From NCBI RefSeq assembly GCF_009914755.1, contig NC_060934.1: 64,000 bases of DNA; one strand, written 5' to 3'. This stretch comes from the human T2T-CHM13v2.0 reference genome, Homo sapiens. The notes beneath the pieces were generated by a model. That model was not told the DNA's origin and did no database searches. It worked only from the letters and a program-made list of their open reading frames with translations. The translations under genes and the position numbers were made by a program. This document shows, one piece after another, positions 16,411-29,138 of the stretch. Positions within the stretch are counted from its first letter, which is position 1; each line of letters opens with the position of its first letter.

Positions 16411-19400
16411 TGATCATAATAATAACCCAAAAAAAGAATATGAAATATCTAAATCTATATCCACAATTATAAAAAAGGAAAGAGATTTTATATTCAACCA
16501 CTGAATATGTATATGGAAGGCAGGATGGCTTCCTCTCTACCCACCAATAGAAAAGTAATGTACAATATTAGCAAAGGTTTGTGCCTTCCCAATTTTCTTA
16601 TAGCATTCTGTGGCTTGCTACTTGAAACATCAGGGGAATTGTTGTATTTGAAAGAAATAAAATCATAATTGTTAAGATCAAGCAATGGCTTTACATGATG
16701 ACGTGTATATTTTGTTATTCTATCCTCCTTGGCCTGAAATGCTGACTATTTAATACAAGAGATATTTCTAAGCAATTTGAAGGCATGATTGGCTTCAACA
16801 TTTGCTTTGTACTTTTCTCAGAACACCAAGTACATAATAGAGTTTTGTGATTTTTTTTTTTTTAAAAGGGGTGTGAATATGTAGTATTACAATTGCAATA
16901 ATGACCTACAATAGTGGTGATTCAGAAGTTGCCTTTTAGGGCTACGTAAGACTGAGTTCCAACCATAAAAATGGCAGCGAATAAACCAATCATTTAAAAG
17001 TGTCTTATAACCATTTTTTTCAAAGTATCAGTAATTTACAAAATTGCACAGCACATTAGTCAAGTCTTGTATTAACTAAATTTAAAATTCTAAATAATCA
17101 TACAAAGTCCATATCAATGCTTTGATACTTGACATTATGGTACAGTGGGTTTATCATTTATTACAATGAGTTATTTTCCCAAATTCTTGCATCTGTGGTT
17201 TCTTCTAAGAAAATAAATTTATTCTATGCATTTTCAAATCAAATCATTTGCTATAAATGATAAATTTTTTTTCTAAATTGTCATAGAAACTGTGCTTATT
17301 TCAACATATAAAATAATCAAATTCATACTACTTGAAGGAAAAGACAAGTCCATATTTAAAAGATAGATTTATCTATTAATTAGTTACATTTTATTTCAAA
17401 TCCAAAATATAAAGCAGGTTCACCCTATAGTTTTTGCTTTTTATTCTTTTAATTGGGGAAGCAAAAGTGATGAAATTTAAATATCCAACTCCTGCTTCCT
17501 TGGATCTTACTGAGGCGGGGAGAGGGGTACATCAGGTTATAAATATTAAATAACTCAAGTCTGAAAGAAGGGATCTTTAATGAGCAGGAACCCACTGTAC
17601 AAGCTGAAGGTGATAGTAATTATTTTATAATGTTATAGTGTCATCTTACAGATAAGTTTTAGACACGTTTATTTTATGAGAAATCTAGAATTTCAGTATA
17701 ATAGTTATTTGAAATTATCAGGTTGTCACAAAAAAAATTATTGTAAACTCAAATTTCTTGTCTTACCAGATTCCAGAAATAGTTGTATAGACAGCCAATA
17801 AAAGATTTGCCTTCATAATATTTGTGAAATACACAGTAAAAATAGCATGCGATGACTAACTTAGAGAGCAATAATGAGGGTATGGGTGGCAGACTTAAAT
17901 AGGAGTAAAAACAGATTGGAGAATAATTTGTATAATCTGATCCCATTTTGGAATACTAATAAATGTCCAAATATATATATATGTAATTTTTTTCATATAT
18001 CTTCACAGAAAACACTTGAAATAGTTATCTCTGGGTGATAAGACTACAAATGATTTTATTCTTACATTTTTAAAATATAATTTCTAATGTTTCAATTATA
18101 AACATGCATTACTGGATAATTTTTAAGAAAAATAATTGTTTTATGTGACCATGAAGTAAGCATCCTTTGTTTTCCAATGTAAAAAATACTGTCAGTAATA
18201 CCTTGGTAAGATGAATATGGTTTGTATTTATGAGGAGGTTATAGTTAATGGAGAATCAACAAAGAAACTCTAATGCCATTCAGTAAATGAAATGACAAAT
18301 GAAATACAGGGTTATATATGACAGCATCTATCAGAAGTATATAATATGGTCCAAGAGTTAAGCAATGGCAAAGGAAAAGAAATAAGAACTATAATATATT
18401 TATAAGAGTATTGGAAACATGGTAGTTTTCAATAATCAATTAATCAATTAATTACAATTTTATTTTATAATTAATTGATTAAGTACATTTAATTAGTCAA
18501 TTGATTTTACAAATAATTACATTTTATTTTAATGCTAAAATATAATTAATTAATTAAATTTAATTACATTTTATTTTAATTCTAAAATATAATGTATGCT
18601 AGTCTTCTGCTTTTATTCTTTTAACTTTGGAGATTGAAAAAAGCTAAGGTATGATTATGCCCAATCTTCTGCTCCCCAGTCTGGGGTATATTACCCTTAA
18701 AATCAGTGGGTAGACTGTTCACTTTTGCAATGGACTAGTACTACAATTGTCTTTCGATAGCCTCTTTCAGAAACCGTGTTGAAAAAGCCTAATAGATTAG
18801 GCACTCTCAACAACAACAACATCAACAAAAACAAAAGCACTTTATCATCATTCAGAAATAAAATGAGGCTATAATTACAACACTAGCAGCATTTCACAGT
18901 TTACTTTGAAATTATCCTTTGAGGTGGACATATTTCATATATGTTTTACATGGAACATTTTAAGCATTTCCCTTATGAGTTTCAGGTGGCATTGATACTG
19001 GTTTGTTGTTTTTTTCATATTCTCTTTCAACTATGCGCATTGTTTGGGACAAGACATGTTGCTGTGGCATATGTTACTAGGCTACTTAACTGTTAAATTG
19101 GGCATTTTTCCTTGACACAAAATCCTATACATTATCTTTGCCCAATGTGTTTAGTTTAAATTCCTCTGCCCACTATTCTAAAAAAAAGAAACTATAAACA
19201 CTAAAGTAGAAAACTCTGGCCAATTTATTTTATCTATACCATATAGATGGATCTACATGGTATAGATATCTATGGTATAGATATAATAATCTAGAGCTAT
19301 ATAGATTAATCTATATCTATAGTTATAGATATCCATAAGTGTTAACAAATACATTGCCTACATTGTGTAACTTATATTTTTGTATTTTTATTATAATGGT

Positions 19401-19807
19401 AATTGATATATCAGCATATTTTTGCATTTATAGCTGCTTAGTAGGAATGTGGGCTATAATTGCCACTTTCTACCTTTCTATTTTCTTAGGAAACTCCAGG
19501 ATTCTAAAAGTAAAGCCCTATGGAAATAAATCAATAACATTTCAAATGAAGAACCAAAATCGGGAAATGCAAATCACAACTCTAACATCAACATTAACTT
19601 ATGTAAACGGCTCATTTGAAATTATCACACTTTTTTTCTGTTTATAAAACACAGTTATCTTAACCTTAAGCATTGTATCATCCACGTGTTTTCATCTTTG
19701 GGCTTCTGAATATGTACTAGCCGGACAAAACAAATAATAGTCTTTATAATACCTACAGATCCCTGTAAGAAACAAATAGCCTACTGGGTTACCAGATGCG
19801 CTATAGT

Positions 19808-19849
19808 ACTACAAAATTAAAGGAACAGACTACAAAATTAAAGGAACAG
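19808..19849. repeat. Perfect 21-bp tandem duplication
   Basis: ACTACAAAATTAAAGGAACAG occurs twice in a row. Confidence 0.95.
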
Positions 19850-21271
19850 ATGCTCTTTGTTAACCTTTTTTCTAACAAAAAATAAATAAAGTTTTAAAAA
19901 TAGAGATTGGGAGCAAACTCAGAAACCTCACATCTCTAAATATTGGAAAGTTTGAAAAACAGGGATAACTGAAAATGTTGCTTAAAAACATCAAGCTAAA
20001 AATGAAGAGAAAATCTTTGATAACAAAGAAGAGAGACATCAAGAACCAAAGGATGAATTTTGAGTAAATAAATATATTGAATGATGTAAACAAAGAACAG
20101 TGATAAGAGTAATCTAAGCAACCTCAAAAGTTTTTTAAGTAATGGAAAAACATTGTTTAGTATTATATAAAATTTGTCAATGCTGTGATTTACAAAAGAA
20201 AAGAAACCGTTTAGTCAGGGAGAAAATAACAAGTTTTTAGGAAATAGAAATATAAGGATTTCAAATAAAAATAAGGACAAAAACAATGTTTTGCATGTAG
20301 TGACCCATGGATTGCCTTACACATAAGAATGAGAAACTCAGGTAGAGAAGAAGAAAAATGAGCCCTTCAAACTCATTCATACTGAACCAGAACAACCACA
20401 AACAAACAAAACCTTAAATATTAATTGTCTTCTTAAAAGGGTTAAAAAAAACAAAATAAATGCTCATACACAATTGGGTAAATGTAAAACTGGCAAAATT
20501 GAGTAAGGTCAATGAAATGTATCACTGTTGATTTTCTGATTGTGATATTGTGCTATAGTTATGCCAGATGTTACAGTTGAATGATACACAGTATGTTTCT
20601 ATATTTTTTCTAACAACTCTTTGTGAATCTCAAAGTAACTCAAAATAGAAAGTTAAAAAATTAAGGAAAATAAAGGTTGACCTTTTCAATCATCTCAGCT
20701 ATTGTTCCAATTACAAAGTTAAGTAAATCTTACAAATTTCCTTCAAATGGTCTTACAACATATCTTTGAGGATATTAAGACCTTAGGAGAATATAATCGG
20801 AAATCATTTAAAATCAGAAAACTGAGAAATTGAGAAATAATCAAAAGCCATTAGATTCACAAACACAGTGAGACTATTATGTGACTGTGGCCAGAAAAGA
20901 ACAATTAAACATCCCCCCACCCCCAGCCCCCCCACCTCCTCACGTGAGCTACTTAACTGGGCAATGATATGGCTATAGAAAGAAACCATGAATTTGAATA
21001 CCAGAGGTTGCCAAATAAAACGAAAAGGGGTAAGACCTAAATAATTGTCTTAAATATTAACCTAAGCAAAAAACCTATGTAAAATCAAATTAAAATATTA
21101 AAATAACGTTAGAAAACTCCAAATACATGGGAATACTAAAAATCTAATATAACCAAATATAAATCTAAGACCATTCCACTCCTAAAACAAAATACAGGAG
21201 AATACTTTCAAAACCTTGGAGCTGCCAGTTTTTCTGTTTTAATTATTATTATTTTTAATTTAGGACAAGAC

Positions 21272-21570
21272 TGCTATGATTTGAATATTTGTCTCCTCCA
21301 AAACTCAAGTTGAAATTTAATCCCCAATGTGGCAGCAGTAAGAGGTGGGGCCTTAAGATGATGAGTATGCTCAGCCCCCCTGCCATGTGATTCCCTGTGC
21401 CACTTCAGAACTCTGCAGAAAGCCCTCATCTGCAAGAAGACCCTTACCAGATGTGGACCTTTGACCTCGGACTTAGCCTCCATAACTGTAAAAAATAAAT
21501 TTCTTTTCTTTATAAATTACCCAGTTTGAGGTATCCTGTTACCTGAAACAACAGAAAATAGATTAATACA
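21272..21570 (+). mobile_element. MST (MaLR) solo LTR, MSTB-like, internally deleted
   Basis: TGCTATGATTTGAATATTTGTCTCCTCCAAAACTCA...AATAAATTTCTTTTCTTTATAAATTACCCAG...TAATACA. Confidence 0.85.
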
Positions 21571-22224
21571 AAGAGAGAAAAAAACAGCATTAACCGTTAA
21601 AAATAAAACTAAACTGGATTTCACCAAAATCAGATTTTCACTTATTAAAAGACACCATTAAGAAAATGGAGAAGCAAGCCACTGACACAGATTGGAGACG
21701 AAAATGATATATTGACAGTACGCATATTCAGCAAAGGACTGCTATCAAGAACATATGAAGAACTGCCAAAAGTAAAAATATGAAAAATTATTGATAAAAA
21801 AATAAGCAATGAAAAAATGCTCAACATCCTATATGACCAGGAATATGCATATTAAAACCATAAGGAGATACTATTTTACACTTATAAGAGTGAGTAAAAT
21901 CAAAAGGACTGATAACACTAAATGTTGACATGTGGACCAGTCAGAACCCTTATGTATTGCTCATGGGAGTGTAAAATCGTGCAAATATTTTGGAGAGGAG
22001 TTTCTTAAATTAAGCATATATTTAGCCCTCACCCTGGCAATTCATTACTAACAATAAAATTTAAGCAGGAGAAATAAAAATTCCCTTGAATTCCATGAAA
22101 TAATATGTGTAAGTAGGTACATAGCATTGTTATTCATAATAGTCCATAAAATGAGAAAAGTCTAAACATCCTTTAATAGAAGAATGGATAAATATTCTTG
22201 AGGCATGTTAATACAATTGAACAG
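21571..22224 (+). mobile_element. Old LINE-1 (L1M) ORF2 3' fragment; upstream part at about 21050-21270
   Basis: AAAGACACCATTAAGAAAATG...GCAAGCCAC, ATGCATATTAAAACCATAAGGAGATAC, GAAGAATGGATAAA. Confidence 0.7.
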
Positions 22225-23058
22225 TGTAAACTTAAAATAAAATTCTAAGCCCCCTAACTGATAGAATGGATCTCCCTTTCAGCCAATGATGTTCTAAAGT
22301 AAATGTGAAAAACTAGTTCAGGCCATCATGGGAAGGAGGGGTCAGACATATCTCATTATGCCCTCCTCCCTTTGGAATTCAGGCACAATTGATCAGTGTT
22401 AACATTAAAAAAGAGATCTTAAGACTGACCAAACAGACTCTTTGTGGCAATCAGATACATCACAAAATGACATATACCAGGCCCTGTAAGAAATTGAAGT
22501 ATTTTACCCTGAAATATATTTCTTCGATGTATCTTTAAACAGCCCTGTAAAGCTGCCTCTTGTGGGGAAAATCAACATTCTGTAGAGAATTCTCTTCCCT
22601 TTCCAGGTCTTTTCCTGATCCAGGAGAGATTAGCTAAGTCTGGTACCTTTTTAAGTCTGATAACAAACATTTGCCCTCTATTCTATCTGAAGCCTGCTAC
22701 CTGGAAACTTCATATGCATAATAAGAAATTTGGTCTCCCAAACCCCTTATCTTAACCCAGACATTCCTTTTTTTCTATTGATTCTAGGTCTTTAGATAAA
22801 TTCTTTCAACCAATTGCCGAACAGAAAATACTTGAATCCATCTATGATCTGGAAGCCCCGGCTTTGAGTTGTCCTGCCTCTCAGGACCAAACCAATGTAC
22901 ATCTTACATGTATTGATTGATGTTTTACATCTCCCTAAAATGTATAAAACCAAGTTATAGTCTGACCACCTTGGGTACATGTTTTCAGAGTCTCCTGAGG
23001 CTGAGTCATGATCGTGTCCTTAACCTTGGCAAAATAAACTTGTAAATTGATTGAGACT
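22225..23058 (+). mobile_element. MER4-group ERV1 LTR (MER4D/E-like), 3' end clipped
   Basis: Starts TGTAAAC..AAATAAAATTCTAAGCCCCC. AATAAA at about 23033. Stops at GATTGAGAC, lacking the terminal ~25 nt and CA. Confidence 0.85.
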
Positions 23059-24224
23059 CGCTCCCTTGAAGGGAAGAACCCAGTAACCACCTGTTGACCA
23101 AAGAGCCCTTGGGTCCTGAATAACCAGCAGCAATACCCAGGTAGTATGCCATGGACCTTGGGTGAGACTTTGAGACATGCTGGCTTCAGGTACTAGCTCA
23201 GTCACAGTGGATTAAAGCACCAAGTGTGCTCTCGAGGTCCCCAATACAAGCCTACACTCTTGGACAGCATTTCTGGACCTGCCCTGGACCAGAGGGGAGC
23301 CCACTGCCCTAAAGGGTGAGTCCCAGACCTTGTAGCATTTACCACAAGCTGACTAAAGAGCCCTTGGGTCTTAAATGAACATTGGCAGTGGCCTGGCAGA
23401 ACTCTCCACAAGCTGATGGTGGTGATGGACCTGGGGAGAGGCTCCTCTGCCTATGGAAAGAGGTAGGGAAGAATGGGAAGGACTTTGTCTTGTGGTTTGA
23501 GTGCCAGCTTAGCCACAGTAGAATAGAACATCAGGTAGATTTCTAACGTTTTTTACTTCAATCCCTGGCTTCCAGACAGCATCTCCATCTGGGCCTGCGC
23601 AGAACTTTCCACCCGGAAGGGAAGGACATAAACATGGCTGCCTTTGCCACTGGCTGACTGTAGAGCCCTAGGTCCTTGAGGGAACATAGGCAGTAGCCAG
23701 GTAGTAGTTACAGTGGGCTTTGAGCAAGACCCAGTGCTGTGCTGATTTCAGGTCTAGCCTAGGGCAGTTCCAGTGATGTGGCCACAGTGGGGCCCTGTGT
23801 CATCCCACTTCCAGCTCCAAGTGGCTCAGCTCAGAGAGAAACAACATTTGAGAGAAAGTAAGAAAAGAGAAAAACAATCTCTGCCTGGTAATTCAGAGAA
23901 TTCTTCTGGATCTTATCCAAGACAACAAAGGCGGCACATTTATGAGGCTGCAATAACCCTAGTGTAACTGGGCTTAGGGTCCCCGTTAAAGCAGATACAG
24001 CTTAAATCACAATGTCGAAGTCATTTTTAATATCTGAAAAGCCTTCCCAAGAAAGATGGGTACACACAAGGCAGACTGTGAAGACTAAAACAAATACCTA
24101 ACTCTTAAATGCCCAGCTACAGATGAACATTTACAAGCATTGAGACCAGCCAAGAAAACTTCACCAAACACAGTAAATAAGACACCAGAGACCAATCCTG
24201 GAGAAAGAGAGATATGTGACCTTT

Positions 24225-25841
24225 TGTTACGGGATCTTTGGGGTGTTGCTTTTCTGGCCTGAAACCTCTGCCTGGTGGCGCCTTTGCCCAAGTTTTGCTT
24301 GGGCGCACTGGGCTCATTCTTCCCACCCTGCCTGGCAGGCTGTGCTCAGCTCACGCTACCAGCCTAGATCCCATGCCTGCCAAGGGTGAGTCAGCAATAG
24401 AGCAATGAGGGGTGGGTGAGTGAGTGTGGGGTCCGGCCACTGCTCAGTCAGACATGCCAGCTGCTGCAGTGGGGCAGACAGCTACAGGTGCTGGCTCTCT
24501 GCAAGGCATAGTTGAACCAGGCACACTGCAAGCAGCTTCCCTGGCTGGCCCTGGAAGCACATTGGTGCCCGGAAGCTCAGAGACACAAGGAACTACAGAA
24601 ACCCAAAGAGGGAGTCACAGCCCTGACTCTGGGAGCTCCCAGGTCTGGGATCCCTGAGGGGCCACAGCTCTTCTTCTCTTCTCCTGCAACATGGCAAACA
24701 AGGGACATGTTTCAGCCCTGTTTGTGTTAGCTCTTTTAGTTCTGCCATTCAGTGGCTCCCAAGTTCTTGTCCTGCAACAGGAGGAAATGAGGTAGGCAGA
24801 CAAGTGGACGGTAAGCAAGATGAAGGGGAATTTTATTGAGCAATATAACAGCTCACAGAAGTCCCACAGAGGGTAGCTCCTTTCTGCAGGCAGGGTATCC
24901 TGATGAGTGTTCAGCTCCGAGCACAGAAGAGACCAAGGAGTGGGAAGCTCCTCTCCAGGCAGGTCATGCCATCATTTTGTACCTCTCAGCAAAGAGAAGG
25001 CCCTGGAGTGGGTTGCTGTTCTCTACAGCTGATAGTCCTGACTTCTCTGCAAGTTTCTGAAGCTCTCAGCAAAGAGGAGGCCATAAAGTGGGCAGCTCCT
25101 CTCAGGTTCTGGTCATACTGACATCTCCCACTCTCAGCAGAGAAGGTAACTACTCTCTGCAGCTGGTCATCCCATTGTCTGCTCACCTCTGGCTGAGACT
25201 TTGGCTTTTATGGGCCTCAAATGGGAGGAAGTGTGCACTGATTTGGCTCATGGGCAACCATTGGTGGGCCCAGAAAAGGCACCACAAGTTCCCACTCTAG
25301 TCTGTGGGACTGGCAGCCCAGGCCCCAGCTTTCAGGCCCTCTATGGCCCAAAGGTGGGGCCTCACCAGGGATGTACCTCCTTCCACCCAGCAATCTGTCC
25401 ACCTCCTGCTGTCATTCATGGTGCCTGGGCTTGGCCCTGACTTTCCTCCAAGATCAGAGTGGGCACCACACTGAGAGCAGGGAAAAGCCAGGCAGCAGGA
25501 GCAGGCACTTCTGATCCTGAGAGGGCAGGGGGGCCTTCCTGGGACCCCAAGAGTGCAGGGATGTCTAAGTCTGCAGCCATGATTTGGGCAGCCACAACTG
25601 CGCCCAGGGTTGGGGGGTGGGGCTCCTGCTGGCTCCATGGAGCTGGAGGTTGGAGTCTGCAGCCACAGTTTGGCTGGCTGCAGCAGTACCCTGGGAGCTC
25701 CTGCCCCATCTTGCAAGGGCCAGGGCTCCTGCTTGTCCCCAGCTCCCAGCTGCTCCATGGAGAATGCAGCCCTGGCCATGCCTCCTTGCTGCAGCTGGCA
25801 TGATGGCAACAGCAGGCAATCTGGAGCAGCCACTGCCATTA
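24225..25841 (-). mobile_element. MER52-type ERV1 solo LTR (1617 bp) inserted in L1
   Basis: Plus strand reads TGTTACGGGATCTTTGGGGTG...CACTGCCATTA. Perfect 4-bp TSD CTTT (24221-24224 and 25842-25845). The L1 rejoins as GTGACCTTT|CAGA. GC-rich, with internal ~70-bp CTCTCAGCA..GCTCCTCT repeats. Confidence 0.88.
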
Positions 25842-26057
25842 CTTTCAGAAAATTAAAAATAGCTATTTTGAGAAAGTTCAATGAATTTCAAGATGATAGA
25901 GAAGGAATCCAGAATTCTATCAGATGATTTTAACAGAGACTGAAATTAAAAAAAAAAGCAGAAATTCTAGAGTTGAAAAAATGCAATTGACATACTGAAC
26001 AATGCATCATAGTCTCCTAATAGCAGAATTGATCAAGCAGAAGAATTAGTGAGTTTT

Positions 26058-26420
<363 letters not shown>

Positions 26421-29038
26421 TTAAAAATTGAAGCATACCTATTAGGCCTAGAAAGTAGCCTCCAAAGGCCAAATCTAAGAGTTATCGAGCTAAAAGAAGA
26501 AGTAGAGAATGGAAGGAACTTTGTCTTGTGGTTTGAGTGCCAGCTTAGCCACAGTAAAATAGAACATGTGGTAGATTTCTAAGGGTTTTGACTCTAATCC
26601 CTGGTTCACAGCTAGCATTGCTGGACCTGCCTGGGGTTTAGGGGAACTTGCTATCCTGAAGAGAAGGACACAAACATGACTGGCTTCACTACTTTCTATA
26701 GGATTAGAAAGTTAATTCAAAAGGATAATTTCAGAGAACTTCCAAAATCTACGATATCAATATTTAAGTACAATAGGGTTATAGAACACCATGCAGCTGC
26801 AACTGAAAGTGGAATACCTCAACACATTTAATAATCAAACTCCCAAAGGTTGAAAATAAAAAAAGGATCATAAATGCAGCAAGAGAAAAGAAACAAATAA
26901 CATATAAGAGAGCTACATTACATCTGGCAGCAGGCTTTTCAGTGGAAACCTTATGGGCAGGGCAAAGTGGCATGACATATTTAAAGTGTTGAAGGAAAAA
27001 ATCTTTTACCCTACAATAGTATTACTGGTGAAAATATCCTCAAGCCTAAAGGAGAAATAAATACTTTCACAGACAAACAAAAGCTGAGGAATTTCATCAA
27101 CACCAGACCCATCCTGCAAGAAATTCTACAGGGAGTTCTTCAATCTAAAAGGAAAGGACATTAATGAGCAATAAGAAATCATCTTAAGATACAAAACTCA
27201 CCAGTAATAGTAAGCACACAGAAAAACACAGAATATTATAACACTGTAATTTGAGGGTATAAACTCCTATTTTATGTATTAGGTAATAGAAAAACTCAAT
27301 GATGAACCAATCAAAAATAATAAAGGATTACATCTTTTCAAGACATAGTACAAGAATACATAAAAACATAAAAAGTTAAAAGGCAGTGAGATAAAGTGTA
27401 GCATTTCTATTAGTTTTTTTCTCATTTGTTTGTTTATGCCATCAACTTTAAGTTGTCATTAGTTTAAAATAATAGATTATAAGATAGTATTTGCAAGCTT
27501 CATAGTAACCTCAAATCAAAATATACAACAGATACACAAAACATAAAAAGCAATAAATTCATCACACCACTAATGAAAATTGCCTTCACTAAAAGGAAGA
27601 CAGGAAGGAAGAAAAGAAGAAAGAGAAAATCATAAAAAAAAAAACAGAAAAAAAATAGCAGGAGTAAGTCCTTATTTATCAATAATAACATTACATGTAA
27701 ATGGATTAAACTCTCCAATAAAAAAGACATGGAGTAGATGAATAGATTTTAAAAAACCCACAATGATCTGTTGCCTATAAAAAACATACTTCCCCTATAA
27801 AGATAAACACAGACAGAAATAAGAAATAAAAAAAGATACTTCATGCCAATGGAAACCAAAAAAAAGAGTAAGAGTTGCTATACTTATATGAGACAAAGTA
27901 GACTTCAAGATGAAAACTGTAAGAAGAAACAAAGAAGGTGATTATATAATGATAAAGAGGTCAATTCAGCAAGAGGATATAGCAATTGTAAGTTTATATG
28001 TACCAAACACTGGAGCACTGAGATATAAATTGCAAATATTCTTAGCCCTAAAGAGAGAGACAGACCTCAATACAATAATAGCTGGACACTTCAACACCTC
28101 ACTTTTAGTATTGGACAGATCTTCCAGGCAGAAAATCAACAAAGAAAACTGGAGGATTCACATTATCTGATTTCAAATTATATTAACACTACAAAGCTAT
28201 AGTAACCAAAATAGCATGGTGCTGGCATTAAAACAGACACATAGACCAATGGAACATAATAGAGAACCCAGAAACAAATCCATAAAACTATAGTGAACTC
28301 ATTTTCAAGAAAGTTGCCAAGAATATACACTGGGGAAAAGACAGTCTCTTCAATAAATGGTGCTGAGAAAACTGTATCTCTACATGCAGAAGAATAAAAC
28401 TAGACCCCTATCTCTCACCATATACAAAAATCTAAGACTAGAAACTATAAAACTACTAAAAGAAAACATCGGGGAAACTCTCCAGAACATGAGTGTGGGC
28501 AAAGATTTCTTGAGTAGTACCCTACAAGCACAAGAAACCAAAGCAAAAAAGGACAAATGAGATCAGATCAAGTTAAAAAATCTTCTGCACAGCAAAGAAA
28601 CTATCCACAAAGTGAAGAGACAACCACAGAATGCGATAAAATATTTGCAAACTACCCCCCTGAGAAAGGATTAATAACCAGAATATATAAGTAGCTCAAA
28701 CAACTCTATAGGAAAAAATCTAATCATCTGATCAAAAAGTGGGCAAAAGATCTGAATAAACATTTCTCAAAAGAAGACATACAAATGTCAATGGCAAACA
28801 GGAATATGAAAAGGTGCTGAACATCATCAATCATCAGAGAACTGCAAATCAAAACTATAATGAGATAACATCTCACCCCAGTTAAAATGGCTTTTATCTA
28901 AAAGACAAGCAATAACAAATGCTAATGAGGATGTGGAGAAAAGGGAACTTTTGTACACTGTTGGTGGGGATGTAAATTAGTACAACCACCATGAAAAATA
29001 GTTTGGAGTTTCCTCAAACCTCAAAATACTAAAAATAA

Positions 29039-29138
29039 GGCGGAGCTTGCAGTGAGCCGAGATAGCACCACTGCACTCCAGCTTGGGGGACAGAGCGAGA
29101 CTCCATCTCAAAACAAACAAAGAAAGAAACAAACAAAA
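29039..29138 (+). mobile_element. 5'-truncated AluY-like right-arm fragment
   Basis: GGCGGAGCTTGCAGTGAGCCGAGAT...A-rich tail. TSD ACTAAAAATA on both sides. Confidence 0.9.

Noticed and set aside
24860-25175. Spaced ~70-bp repeats resembling an array
   Set aside because: Degenerate internal repeats of the MER52 LTR, not CRISPR. The context is eukaryotic and there are no cas genes.
24424-25927. Dense cluster of overlapping ORFs up to 194 aa
   Set aside because: All lie in the GC-rich MER52 LTR, where stop codons are rare. No recognisable domain.
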